A program made the translations under genes and the position numbers. The notes beneath the pieces are model-generated. The model made no database searches. It was given only the letters and a program-made list of their open reading frames with translations, and had not been told where the DNA came from. Positions 22,101 through 32,822 of a DNA stretch of 64,000 nucleotides are shown here, piece after piece. Origin of the DNA: an uncultured Planctomycetaceae bacterium (lineage in GTDB: Bacteria > Planctomycetota > Planctomycetia > Planctomycetales > Planctomycetaceae); NCBI GenBank assembly GCA_963813715.1, contig CAWFAK010000016.1:96001-160000 (forward strand), written 5' to 3'. Every line of letters begins with the position of its first letter. The stretch's first letter is position 1.

Positions 22101-22318
22101 ACTTGGGCCAGCGTGGCCACGCCGCCGTTTCGCGGCGAGACGTCGATCAGCACCGCATCGATCTGTCCGGCCGACAGATAGGGAGCTGCCTGCTCGGCTG
22201 TCTCCGCCCATTCCACGTCGAAATTGACGCGCTCGGCCAGAGCAAGCAGATCGCGGAGCGCCCGGCCAAGGTCGGCATCGCGTTCGATCAGCAGGATCTT
22301 GATCGAAGGCTGACTCAT
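19115..22318 (-). CDS. Hybrid sensor histidine kinase (REC-PAS-PAS-HisKA-HATPase-REC-REC-Hpt), several frameshifts
   Basis: [65 protein letters not shown] spread over several frames. Confidence 0.9.
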
Positions 22319-22553
22319 GGAATCGGGCCAAAGAGAACGGCTGACCAGCCGCTTCCGAGTGTAATCCTGCCTCGCAGCCGTTTCAACGAGTTGGCTGTTT
22401 CACATCAATGCGCCTGTCATGTTTCGTAGGGTCTGACAAGGCCGCGAGCGGCCGCGGGCACACCATTTTTCGACAGGGAACGTAGGGCTTGGTACGTCAC
22501 GAGATTGTGTGCTGGCGCCCGCCTTTGGCGGGCTGGTCACACCCTGCGCCGCT

Positions 22554-23622
22554 TCAATGTCCCTCGCAGGGCGCACACTCCACGAGATCCCCGTGCGACT
22601 GCGCGGCACGGCCGGGCAAATCTTCGGCATACCAGCGGGTCAGTGCGTCGTGCCATTCCGACGGAGTCTTGACGGCCACGAACGCCCGCGAGACTTCTGC
22701 GTACTGCGGATGGAGCTGGGCATACTTGATCCCGAACTTCCGCATGAGTGCACAGGATCGCTGGTCGCCATACGTCTCGCGCGAGAGTGCAAAATGTTCG
22801 CCCAACACGTCGCGCTGCTCGAACAGGCTCGGCCAGCGCACCGGTCGACCGGCCACGGCGTCGCGCACTTGCTGGAAGATCCACGGATTGCCGATCGCGC
22901 CGCGGGCGATGCTCACTCCGTCGAGACCCGTGTGAGCGATCATCTCGACGCAAGCGGCCGCCGAGAACAGATCGCCGCTGCCCAACACGACGCGATCGCC
23001 CGCTTGCCGCTTGATGTCGGCCAGAATGTCCCAATTGCTCGGCCCAATGTATCGCTGCACCACGGTCCGGCCGTGCACCGTGATCGCGGCGACCCCGAGC
23101 GCGTACGCCCCAAGAAAGATCTCGTCGAAATTGTCGCGGCTTTGGGAACTGTCATCGATGCCGCGGCGCATCTTGACCGTGACGGGAATGTGCGGTGGCA
23201 AGGCTTCCCGCACGCGGGCAATGATCTCGAGTGCCGTGCGCGGCTGGCTGAGCAAGAACCCGCCCCGGCAGCGGCCGAGGACTTTTTTGACCGGGCAGCC
23301 GAAATTGATGTCCACGACGTCGAACCCGGCTTCGACCAGTTTGAGCGCGGCTGGCGCGAACTGCGCCGGGTCGGCCCCCATCAACTGCCCGCCAACGGGG
23401 TGCTCTTCGTCGCTGACTTTCAGTTGGCGGCGGTTGGCCCGATTCAACTTTTGATCGAGCACGAAGCGGTCGAGCAGCACTTCGCACAGCGTATACGGAG
23501 CACCGAGCCGCCGTGCGATCACTCGCATCGGCCAGTCGCTGTAGCCCGACAGGGCCGCCTGCACGGCAGGAAAGCCGATCTCGATCGGCCCGATGCGTCA
23601 GCGGACTCCAGGCGCCGCTCAC
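22554..23622 (-). CDS. dusB: tRNA-dihydrouridine synthase, frameshift near start
   Basis: DINFGCPVKKV, VTVKMRRG, ITVHGRT, ARGAIGNPWIF. Confidence 0.88.
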
Positions 23623-24691
23623 GTGGTCGCATCCGCGAGACGGCGGTGGGCGCTCAGGATCAGCGACTCGGTCTCTTCCCAGCCGATGCAGCCGTCGGTA
23701 ATCGACACGCCCTCCTTGAGGTCGGCCCGGTTGCCCGTCAGTTTTTGCGAACCGGGATTGAGATTGCTCTCGAGCATGAGGCCGACGATCGTACGATTAC
23801 CGGCGGCGCGTTGGTCAATCACGTCGTTCCAGGCGACGTGCTGTCGGCGATAATCCTTGTCCGAATTGGCATGGCTGCAGTCGACCACCAGATTCGGCGA
23901 GACGCCCGCTTCCTTGAGCCGGACGGCGGCCGCCTTGAGATGCTCGGCCGAGTAGTTCGGGCCGGATCGTCCGCCGCGGAGGATCAGATGTCCCCACGGA
24001 TTGCCCGTCGTATTGATGATGCACGTGTTCCCGTCGGTATCGATTCCCAAAAAGCTGTGGCAGCCCCGGCCGGCGACCATCGCGTCGATTGCAACCTGCA
24101 GGTTGCCGTCCGTCCCGTTCTTGTAGCCGACCGGCATCGACAACCCGCTGGCCATCTGGCGATGCGTGGGCGATTCGGTGGTCCGCGCCCCGATCGACGC
24201 AAGCGTAATCAGGTCGGCGATGTATTGCGGCGTGATCGGCTCGAGCATCTCGGTGGCCGCCGGCACGCCCAGGTCGGCGATTTCCAGCAGGATCGTTCGC
24301 GCCAGCCGCAAACCGGTGCCGATATCGAACGTATCGTTGAGGTGCGGATCGTTGATCAGGCCTTTCCAGCCCAGCGTTGTGCGGGGCTTCTCGAAGTAGA
24401 CCCGCATCACCGGCACGATCCGGTCGTCAACCTGTTCGGTCAATCGTTTGAGACGGCGGGCATATTCCACGGCCGAGCGGTGATCGTGAATCGAGCAGGG
24501 ACCGACGACCACAAACATCCGCGGATCGTCGCCCTTGAGAATCCGTTTGATGGTCTCCCGCGATTCGACCACCGTGCGGTTCGCGCCGAGCGACATCTCA
24601 GTTTCTTCCCGCAGCGCCGCGGCGCAATCAGCGCGACGGTGCTGCGGACATTCAGGTCTTGAGTCGGCTGAAGCTGATGATCGACAAACAT
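23619..24691 (-). CDS. aroF: Class I DAHP synthase, frameshift near 24615
   Basis: VGPCSIHD, RVYFEKPRTTLGWKGLINDP, GARTTESPTHR, DCSHANS, SITDGCIGW. Confidence 0.92.
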
Positions 24692-24728
24692 GCGGGTGAA
24701 CTCGTCTTCTCGCGGATTAGAGCCGAAA

Positions 24729-25350
24729 TTATAGGGGCCGGCCAGCCGCCCTGCCACGCGACTTGCCGCTTAAGCCCGAGGCTTCCAGCTCGAGCAGCCG
24801 CTGCTTGAGCTCCACGCCCGTCCGGCAAGAGAATCCGCCGATCGCTCCGCCGGCCGCCACGACGCGGTGGCAGGGAATGAGCAGAGCGATGCGATTCGAG
24901 GCCATCGCGCTGCCAACGGCGCGGGCCGCGCGCGGTTTGCCGGCTTTCGCGGCCAGTTCCCCGTAGGACATCGTCTTGCCGTAGGGGATGCGGCGTGCCG
25001 CCTCAAGCACTTGCCTGCGGTAGGGGGTCGTGGGCCCGAGGTCGATCTTGAAGGGGCGCAGATCGACGTAGCGGCCCTGTGCATAGCGTTCGAGGGCGCG
25101 ACGCAGTTCAGGGTACCAATCGCCCACTTCGATGCTCACGCCGCCGGCGAAGCTCGATTCGAGCGCCGCTCGAACCTCCTCTGCGGACGCGTGTCCCATC
25201 GTGAGGGCCGCGACGGTGGTTCCGCTTCCGGCAGCGCCGATCCATCCGATGGAAGTGGGAAAGATCGAGGCTTCGATTGGTTGCTGAGACGGGTTCTCGG
25301 TTTGCGCCGCGAAGCGCGCTGTCCGCGGAAGTTCGGTCTTTGACCCACTC
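24729..25350 (-). CDS. ogt: Methylated-DNA-protein-cysteine S-methyltransferase (start uncertain)
   Basis: IPYGKTMSYGELA, AARAVGSAM, IPCHRVV; upstream in-frame PTSIGWIG. Confidence 0.9.
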
Positions 25351-25487
25351 GTTCACCCCCTATAGAATGGTACGGGCTCGTCGTAGAACGCGCCTGCGGT
25401 TGGAGTTTTGGACTCTTCGAGGATGCGCCCCGTAGTCCGGACGCCGTTAATTACGGGTCCCGCACGCAGAATCGTCGAGGTCGGATC

Positions 25488-26231
25488 ATGAACGTGTACA
25501 GTTCGCTTGCCGACGACTATTACATCAATCTCAACCTCAACACGGAAATGACTCTTCCGCAGGGGCGTGAGACGATTCTGGGTTTCTTCGAGCGGATCCA
25601 GAAGCAGTACCCCAGCATGCGGAACTTCTATACCCGCGAAAACGGCGATTTCGTGCTCGAAGAGGACAAGGACCAGCCCCATCAACGCTGGATCTCGCTC
25701 GAGCCCCGCCGGATCTGCAGCGGCGTGATCGACCCCTTGGATGTCGACTCGGCCGTCGAACAGCACGCGCTAATGCTGCGGCTTGCCCCGTACATGCTCT
25801 CGGTCAGCCCTCTCGAGTGCGAGGCCCTCGACTACATGATGGGCTTCGACTTCAGCTACCGCGGCAACCACGATGAGTTGGTGGCCGAGGCGCTGGGCGC
25901 CGGGCCGGCCCTCGACGGCATGGTCAACGTGCCGGGGATCAAAGTGCTCAACTACGAGCCGTCGATCACGATCAGCCTCGACGAGTCGTGCCGACGCCAG
26001 GCGCGGTTGATGGTCGAGACGCGGACCAACGCTTACCAGGTCCGCCGCGGTGAATTTTCCGAAGACCAGATCAGCGTCTACTTCACCGTGCGGCAATACG
26101 GCGGCCTGGAGGGCGTCGAGTCCTTCGAGCAGAGCCTGTTCAAGCTCCGCGACCAGTGCGACGAGCTGATGCACGGCTACGTGATCGACCACGTGCTCCG
26201 CCCGCTGCAGCAGGCCATTTCGACCAAATAA
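25488..26231 (+). CDS. Conserved hypothetical protein
   Basis: 247-aa ORF with strong coding bias. Confidence 0.85.
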   Translation: MNVYSSLADDYYINLNLNTEMTLPQGRETILGFFERIQKQYPSMRNFYTRENGDFVLEEDKDQPHQRWISLEPRRICSGVIDPLDVDSAVEQHALMLRLAPYMLSVSPLECEALDYMMGFDFSYRGNHDELVAEALGAGPALDGMVNVPGIKVLNYEPSITISLDESCRRQARLMVETRTNAYQVRRGEFSEDQISVYFTVRQYGGLEGVESFEQSLFKLRDQCDELMHGYVIDHVLRPLQQAISTK

Positions 26232-26367
26232 CCGCTGCCAATCGGCGAATCCCAGTGCGTACGCGATGCGGACTCGCTGACGCGCTTGCGCTCCTTAGTG
26301 AGTCTGTGAACGCGGAGTCCTGTCGAGTGACGCCGGTGGATTGCGACCATGCATAAGGGGCTGGGCC

Positions 26368-27849
26368 ATGACGCTCTTTCGGAAGCGGCGTTGGTTGTGG
26401 GTCATCATTCCGCTTTTGTGCCTGGTCGTTGTTGGCGTCGCGGCCGCACGCTGGGGTCTGCTCGGCCGGATCGGCTTCGCAGAAGGCGGCGAGCTGGGCG
26501 ATATTAAGAGCGAGTGGGTACGCGCGGTGGACTCGCGGTCCGACGCGCGGAACGCGGCCAAAACGGCGGGCGAACGGCAAGCGGCCGACGACGAGTTCGC
26601 GGCGCGTGAACGTGAGCTTGTCGAGCACTGCCGCGATTACGCTCGAAGTCACGCGGGAAAGCCGGGTGAACTGACGGCGCTCAAGCTGGTGGCTTGCCAC
26701 GTTCCCAAATCGCCCGCAGGCAAGGAGGCTCTCCAGACGCTCGCTTCCGCCTGTGAGACGGCAGACCTCGATCGGCTGACAAGCGGATTGAAATTCCAAC
26801 CCGGCGCTTCCGAGGAGCCCATCCAGTCGTTGGCCGGCATTCTCCTCAAGCGCGTCCGCCAGTCTCCCGACGATCCCGAGGCCCCGGTTCTGCTGGCCTC
26901 CGTGATCTGCCCATTGGCGATCACGAGTCCGCTGAGTTCCACGCCGCCCACGGACTTCCGCGCCGCGGCGGATTTGCTCGTCGAGCGTTACGCCGATCGA
27001 CCGGGCATCCAAAATTTCTGCGAGATTATCGGCCTCAAGGTGGCCCGTGCCCCTTGGGCCGCGCAATTCGAGAGGCATCTGCGAGCGATTCTCGCCAAGA
27101 ATCACGATCGCCAGGTCCTCGTCTCCGGGTCGTTTGCACTAGCGACCTTGGTGCAGGCTGCGGGCGAAAGCCGTCAGCTCGAGGCTCAGCGACTCTATCG
27201 GGACTTCGTCGATCGGTATGACGGCACCGTCCGTTACACCGAGGATGGCAAGTGGTACCCGTACGCGGGGGTTGAGCAGCAACTCAATCAGGCGGCGAGG
27301 AAGCAGCTCACGGAACTCAGCGAGCACGGCTTGGGGAAACCCGCGCCGGAAATCGCGGGCGTCGATTTGGACGGAGCGCCGCTGAAGTTATCGGACTTTC
27401 GCGGTAAGGTCGTCCTGCTGAGCTTCTGGGCCACTTCCTGCGGTCCTTGCCTGAAGTTCGTTCCGGCCGAGCGGGCGTTGCTCGCCGGCTTTGAACCGAA
27501 GTCGTTCACCATCGTCGGGATCAACTGCGACGAAGACCCACAACTTGGACAGAAAACGGCCGGCGAGCACGGCATCACCTGGCGCTGCTTCCGCGATCAA
27601 CTCGGGAAAGGGCGAACGATCAGCGGCGACTGGCAGAACGTGGCGCTGCCCATGCTGTACCTGATCGATCCGCAGGGCCGGATCAAGCGCCGCTGGGTGG
27701 GAGCTGCCTCTGCGGGAAGAACTGCACGACGCCGTTGCTCAGTTGGGCGGCGTCGCCATCCAGGACTCGTTGAGCCGAACAGTACCACACACTTGCCCAG
27801 GACAGGTTTTTCCGGTCGTCCGCTCCGGCTACCATGGCCGCTATGCTGA
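26368..27849 (+). CDS. TlpA-family thiol-disulfide oxidoreductase with helical N-terminal region (C-terminal frameshift near 27712; true end uncertain)
   Basis: N-terminal TM; GKPAPEIAGVDLDG, FRGKVVLLSFWATSCGPC, LIDPQG. Confidence 0.82.
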   Translation: MTLFRKRRWLWVIIPLLCLVVVGVAAARWGLLGRIGFAEGGELGDIKSEWVRAVDSRSDARNAAKTAGERQAADDEFAARERELVEHCRDYARSHAGKPGELTALKLVACHVPKSPAGKEALQTLASACETADLDRLTSGLKFQPGASEEPIQSLAGILLKRVRQSPDDPEAPVLLASVICPLAITSPLSSTPPTDFRAAADLLVERYADRPGIQNFCEIIGLKVARAPWAAQFERHLRAILAKNHDRQVLVSGSFALATLVQAAGESRQLEAQRLYRDFVDRYDGTVRYTEDGKWYPYAGVEQQLNQAARKQLTELSEHGLGKPAPEIAGVDLDGAPLKLSDFRGKVVLLSFWATSCGPCLKFVPAERALLAGFEPKSFTIVGINCDEDPQLGQKTAGEHGITWRCFRDQLGKGRTISGDWQNVALPMLYLIDPQGRIKRRWVGAASAGRTARRRCSVGRRRHPGLVEPNSTTHLPRTGFSGRPLRLPWPLC

Positions 27850-29009
27850 CGTTCTGTGGCCGTCGCTACGAAAACGGTGAGCCGGTGCGAATCACCGTCG
27901 ACGGTGAGCGGATCGCGGCCGTCGAACCGGCGTGGCCGGCGAGTGACGTTCGCGAATGGCCCTTCGTCGCGCCGGCCCTCTTCGACCTGCAGATTAATGG
28001 CCGCGGCGGCACCTGGTTTGGCAAGGTGGGGATCACTCTGTCCGAAATTCTCGGCGTGTTCGCGGAGCAGTTTCGCTTTGGCGTGACCCGAATTTGCCCG
28101 ACGGTGATCACGAACTCGTTCGACGTGCTGCACGGCGCCCTCAGTGCTTTGCGGTCGGCTTGCGAGCAAGAGCGCTGGGCCGCTCAGATGGCGCCCGGCT
28201 TTCATCTGGAAGGGCCGTATATCTCGGGCGAGGATGGTCCCCGTGGTGCGCATCCGCGCGAACACGTCCGGCCCCCCGATTGGAAAGAATTCGAGAAATT
28301 GCAGCAGGCGGCCGGCGGACGGATCCGGCTGGTGACCCTGGCGCCGGAGCTGCCCGGGGCGACCGACTTCATCCGCCGGGCCGTTGCGTCCGGTGTCACG
28401 GTGGCGCTCGGGCACACCGCGGCCTCGGGCACGGAGATCGCCGCGGCCGTCGAGGCCGGCGCGCGGCTGAGCACGCACCTGGGAAACGGTGCGCACCCCA
28501 CGCTCCGCCGGCATCCGAACTACATTTGGGAACAACTCGGCGACCCGCGTTTGTCGGCGAGCGTGATCGCCGACGGTCAGCACATTCCTCCGTCAGTCTT
28601 ACGGTCGATCATTCGCACCAAGGGCGTTCGTGGCGTGATTTTGACCTGCGACGCGTCGGGCCTCGCCGGCTGTGCGCCTGGGGTCTACTCCGAGGGGGAG
28701 ATGCGGATGGAGGTGCTCGACGATGGTCGGATCGTGGTCGCCGGACAGCGTCAGTTGCTAGCCGGCTCGGGTGCCGACACAGGACTCTGCGTGAGCGAAG
28801 CCATGCAACAGGCGGGAGTCAGCGTGGCCGACGCCTGCGATATGGCTGGCCGTAACCCGTCACGGCTGCTCGGCTTTGAGGAGATTCGCTTGCGGCCGGG
28901 CTCGCGAGCCGACCTGATGCTTTTCCGGATTACGGAATTGAATTCGCTCGAAATTCAGGCCACGATTGCGGCGGGAAGCTTGCGGTTTGGCACGACTGCG
29001 TCGCCTTAA
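27843..29009 (+). CDS. nagA: N-acetylglucosamine-6-phosphate deacetylase
   Basis: DLQING, HLEGPYIS, GAHP, VTLAPE, GHT, THLGNG, IADGQH, LLAGS. Confidence 0.9.
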   Translation: MLTFCGRRYENGEPVRITVDGERIAAVEPAWPASDVREWPFVAPALFDLQINGRGGTWFGKVGITLSEILGVFAEQFRFGVTRICPTVITNSFDVLHGALSALRSACEQERWAAQMAPGFHLEGPYISGEDGPRGAHPREHVRPPDWKEFEKLQQAAGGRIRLVTLAPELPGATDFIRRAVASGVTVALGHTAASGTEIAAAVEAGARLSTHLGNGAHPTLRRHPNYIWEQLGDPRLSASVIADGQHIPPSVLRSIIRTKGVRGVILTCDASGLAGCAPGVYSEGEMRMEVLDDGRIVVAGQRQLLAGSGADTGLCVSEAMQQAGVSVADACDMAGRNPSRLLGFEEIRLRPGSRADLMLFRITELNSLEIQATIAAGSLRFGTTASP

Positions 29010-29230
29010 GGTCTTTCGGCTCGGTCAGTTCCCCCCGATTCTCCTTGAACGCTGTGCAAAGCGTGGTACGATCAAATGACCGGTCCAACGGTTCATTCGC
29101 CGTTAAGACTGTGTCATTTTTTATTCTTTTGTGATTGTTTTTCATTCGTTTCTTGAAACCGCCGTGCCGCCGCTGAAATTCAAGTGGGCCATCCGCGCCT
29201 TGGCACGACGGTGGAACAACAAAGAACTCA

Positions 29231-30688
29231 ATGACTCTCGAGGAGCTAAAGAACCTTCTCGTCCGTCTGCATCTTGTCCAGCCCGATCAGCTTGAACTAG
29301 TTCATTCGCGTTCGTGTCCCAACACGGACGACGCCAATGTGCTGCTTCAGGCGCTCGAGAGCCGCCATCTGCTCACGTCGTATCAAGTGGGAAAACTTGA
29401 ACGGGGTGAAACGGACTCGCTGGTTCTGGGCGACTACAAGCTGCTGTACCGTAACGCCTCGGGGAGCTTCGCCCGCGTCTATCGCGGGGCGTCGCTGTCC
29501 GATGGCCGCATGGTCGGACTGAAGGTGCTGCGACAGCGGTGGGCGGCCGATCCGCGGATCGTGCGCCTGTTCCGCCGGGAAGCCGATCTCGGCAAAAAGC
29601 TCAAGCACGAGAAAATCGTCCCGATTTACGACGTCGCCAACCAGGGCGACAGCCACTACTTCACGATGGAGTTCGTGGAGGGGGGCAACCTGCGGGACTT
29701 TCTCAACATCCGCAAGCGCCTTTCGGTGATCGAGGCGACCCGCTGCCTGATCGACCTGGCTGAAGGGCTCGAGTATGCCGCGCGGATGGGGGTCACCCAT
29801 CGCGATCTCAAGCTTACCAACGTGCTGATGAGCACGCAGGGGATCGCCAAGCTGGTCGACTTCGGCCTGGCGGGCGACGAAGTGATGAACTCGGACGCGG
29901 GCGGCGACAGTCTGCAGCGCGCCCTCGAGTACGCCACTCTCGAACGGGGCACGAATGCTCCCGCCAACGATCCCCGCAGCGACCTCTACTTCCTGGGCGG
30001 GATCTATTACGAACTGTTAACCGGCGTCCCGCCCTATCCGCGGACGCATAGCCGCGAGGAACGGCGGCAGTTCTCCCGTTACGCCAGCCTGCGGCCAATC
30101 CGCTCCGTCGATCCGAACATCCCCAAGAGCGTGGCGGACGTCGTCGAGCGGTTGATGAAGACCAATCCCGACCAGCGGTACCAATCGGCGGGAATGGTTC
30201 GCTCAGACGCTAGCGAGGTGCTGATCGAGCTCGAACGACCGACCAAGCCCGCGGCCCCGACGGAAGAAGGCACCAACGGCCGCAAGAGTTTGCCCACGAT
30301 TCTGTTCATCGAACATCGCCTGAAACAACAGGACATCATTCGGGATTACCTGACCAAACACGGTTTCCGCGTCCTGTTGTTCAACAATGTGCACCGGGCC
30401 ATTTCCCGCCTGCACTCGAACCCGCCCGATTGCGTCGTGCTGATTGGCGACTCGATCGGCGACGAATTGGTGGCGGCGTACGACCAGGTGCGGGAGCTGA
30501 ACCGCGACCGCTTCATCAATATCGCGGTGCTTGCCGAGCGACAGGCGGAATTCGTCGAAAAGCTCGAACAGACGGCACTCTCCCGCGTGATGCAGCAGCC
30601 GATCACGCTCCGCGAGCTGCGGCGGGAGATTCACCTGCTGTTCCAGCGAAAGATGAAGACGAACGGTCGTCCGACGCTGAGTTCGTGA
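29231..30688 (+). CDS. Hanks-type Ser/Thr protein kinase with C-terminal receiver-like domain
   Basis: SGSFARVY, LKVL, MEFVEGGNL, HRDLKLTN, DFG, RSDLYFLG. Confidence 0.92.
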   Translation: MTLEELKNLLVRLHLVQPDQLELVHSRSCPNTDDANVLLQALESRHLLTSYQVGKLERGETDSLVLGDYKLLYRNASGSFARVYRGASLSDGRMVGLKVLRQRWAADPRIVRLFRREADLGKKLKHEKIVPIYDVANQGDSHYFTMEFVEGGNLRDFLNIRKRLSVIEATRCLIDLAEGLEYAARMGVTHRDLKLTNVLMSTQGIAKLVDFGLAGDEVMNSDAGGDSLQRALEYATLERGTNAPANDPRSDLYFLGGIYYELLTGVPPYPRTHSREERRQFSRYASLRPIRSVDPNIPKSVADVVERLMKTNPDQRYQSAGMVRSDASEVLIELERPTKPAAPTEEGTNGRKSLPTILFIEHRLKQQDIIRDYLTKHGFRVLLFNNVHRAISRLHSNPPDCVVLIGDSIGDELVAAYDQVRELNRDRFINIAVLAERQAEFVEKLEQTALSRVMQQPITLRELRREIHLLFQRKMKTNGRPTLSS

Positions 30689-30830
30689 CGCTCTCCGGCC
30701 GTCGGGTTGATCTATCGCCGCCGCTGTAAAAGGCGTAGACTGAACCGGGCGGGCGACGGATTTCGATCGATGCGGGCGGCAGTTCCCGATCGATCATGCG
30801 AAGTGGTCGCACTCAAGTGGAGGAGACGGC

Positions 30831-31349
30831 GTGCATACCCGAATTAGCGACAGTCGCGGGGTTTGGTTGGTTGCGGGCCTCATCCTCGGTCTGGGAGTCA
30901 CCTGGTTCTGGCCCCACGAGCCCCTTCGTGCCGACCAGTCCGACCGCGCGGACAAGTTCGGCATCTGTTCGGTGCCGTGCACGCTGGCCATCGCCGGCCT
31001 GCCGAGCACCGAGGCGGTCTTCATTCTCGACTTCGTCACCGGCCGGCTGCAGGGCTTTTATCTCAACCCGCAGCAGGGCGGCTTCACTCAGATGTTCTAT
31101 CGGGACGTGGCGGACGACCTTCGCCTCAACGCAAAAGGGGCCGGCCAGCCCGTCTACGCATTTGTCGGCGGGCAAGGACAATTTTCCGGGCAGGGGACGA
31201 GTTGGGGCGGCAGCCTGATCTACGTCGCCGAGATGACCACCGGCACGCTCGTCGCCTATGCCTATCCGTTCTCGCAGAACAACGCGGGCACGCCGCAACA
31301 GATGGTGCCCGTCGGCAAGGCCCAGTTCCGCAATCCGCAGGCGAACTAA
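30831..31349 (+). CDS. Secreted or membrane-anchored hypothetical protein
   Basis: GGAGGAG SD, N-terminal TM, followed by a terminator. Confidence 0.8.
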   Translation: MHTRISDSRGVWLVAGLILGLGVTWFWPHEPLRADQSDRADKFGICSVPCTLAIAGLPSTEAVFILDFVTGRLQGFYLNPQQGGFTQMFYRDVADDLRLNAKGAGQPVYAFVGGQGQFSGQGTSWGGSLIYVAEMTTGTLVAYAYPFSQNNAGTPQQMVPVGKAQFRNPQAN

Positions 31350-31372
31350 AGTTCGCTATCTGAGTACATGAC

Positions 31373-31412
31373 GGGGTCGGCTCGATCTGCTTGCGAGCCG
31401 ACTCCCTTTTTT
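31373..31412 (+). terminator. Intrinsic terminator
   Basis: GGGGTCGGCTCG-loop-CGAGCCGACTCC followed by a T-run. Confidence 0.8.
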
Positions 31413-31415
31413 GCG

Positions 31416-32609
31416 CTAGGCCTGCGGAGGACGCCGGCAAACGACGGCCCGCGCCCGCCCTTCGATCCGCGCGAAGATCAGCACAGCCGACTCGCGTCCG
31501 GTCAGCGATAACCGTCGCCGCAGTCCTTCGATATCGATCGGGATCCGCCGGCACATGATTTCGAGTGTTCCCACGTCCGCACCGCGGAAGTAATCGCGGA
31601 TCTCGCGCTCGTTGTTCGGCAACTGGGCCAGCACCTCGAATGCGCGCGACAAATGCGACCGGGGGATGGCGTCGCCGGTGAGATATTCCTCGGCATCGTC
31701 CAGCCGACTCAATTCGTGTTGAACGGTGTAGAGATCGATCAAGCCCGACCGCACGAGCGCGGGATCCGGATTCACCAGATAGCGGCCAAGCGGGGCGAGC
31801 GAGGCCGCCGCGCTGAGCGGATCGCCCGACAGGCTCTCGCCACTCGGCAGCGCGGTCGCCCGCCAGACGCCCGGCTGTGCCAGCTCACCGAACCAGACGG
31901 TGGCTTCCTTACACTCGCCGTCGAGGCTCACCAGCTCGATCTCGGCCTGCGGGAATTTGCCGCCGAAATTGGACGCCGGACTGCACTTGATTGCGCCTCC
32001 GCGGAATTCGGAGGCGAGGCGGATAAGCGTTTCGAGGTTCGGCGCGCCTTCTTCCAACTTGAGCGTCCGCCGACCGCTGGCTTGAACGCCGCCACCGGGA
32101 GCGCGCTCGGGACGGCGATCCGGATCGATGTGGAGCAGCCCGGCGCGATCGTGGACTGTTTCCGCGTCGGCACACAGAACGGTCAATTGCTCGGCCACGC
32201 CGTAAGTCTCGGCATTCCACTGAGTGCAGAGACAGGCCGCCGGATTCCGATCGAGGGCGATCACTTCTCCGCGCACCGCCAACTGAATGGCATCCCCGCC
32301 GATCCCGCAACAAAAATCCCAAACCCGTCCGCGTCCCTGAAACCGCTGGGCTTTGTGGAAGGCAACGCTTTCGGCCGTGCTTTGTTCGAGTCCGACGCGA
32401 TCGAACCACAGACGCTCGGCCCGCGAAAACTTGCCGACTGCCCGCCGCCGCAGCTCGACCAGTGTGATCGCTCCCCGGACAAGGTCAGCGGGGAAATCGG
32501 CGCGCAAGCGTTCCTGGAGAGCCAGCTCGCGTCCGGTCCAGGCGGCAATCCGCCCGAAGATTTCGGGAGCGGCACGCAATCGCCGCAGGAGTTCGGGTTC
32601 GAGATTCAT
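31416..32609 (-). CDS. SAM-dependent methyltransferase with THUMP-like domain
   Basis: GLEQST, DFCCGIGGD, HIDPDRR, SLDGECKEA, PDPALVRSGL. Confidence 0.85.
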   Translation of the reverse strand: MNLEPELLRRLRAAPEIFGRIAAWTGRELALQERLRADFPADLVRGAITLVELRRRAVGKFSRAERLWFDRVGLEQSTAESVAFHKAQRFQGRGRVWDFCCGIGGDAIQLAVRGEVIALDRNPAACLCTQWNAETYGVAEQLTVLCADAETVHDRAGLLHIDPDRRPERAPGGGVQASGRRTLKLEEGAPNLETLIRLASEFRGGAIKCSPASNFGGKFPQAEIELVSLDGECKEATVWFGELAQPGVWRATALPSGESLSGDPLSAAASLAPLGRYLVNPDPALVRSGLIDLYTVQHELSRLDDAEEYLTGDAIPRSHLSRAFEVLAQLPNNEREIRDYFRGADVGTLEIMCRRIPIDIEGLRRRLSLTGRESAVLIFARIEGRARAVVCRRPPQA

Positions 32610-32822
32610 CGGGTCGAGCGAGACGTATCTGGTGAGTCGGTGCGGGTCGGTCCCGCCCCGCCGAAGGAAGGATTATAGAGCGTGCGGAGGCGCGAAAGTT
32701 GCGGGAAAAATCGGCGGAGGGGTGCGCAGACAGCGACCGCGGCTGCCACGCGACGAGCGAATTGCAAAGCCGCTGGCACGGCAATAGAGTGGACTTTCAA
32801 GGTCACAAAAGCGGCAGGGCGA

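Noticed and set aside
22509..24662. Long antisense ORFs (also 42026-44020, 52972-54969, 57532-59097, 62121-62984)
   Set aside because: Shadow frames of high-GC genes on the opposite strand, with no recognisable motifs
32610..32822. Cobalamin riboswitch upstream of cbiM/nikM
   Set aside because: No convincing B12-box or conserved core recognised by eye
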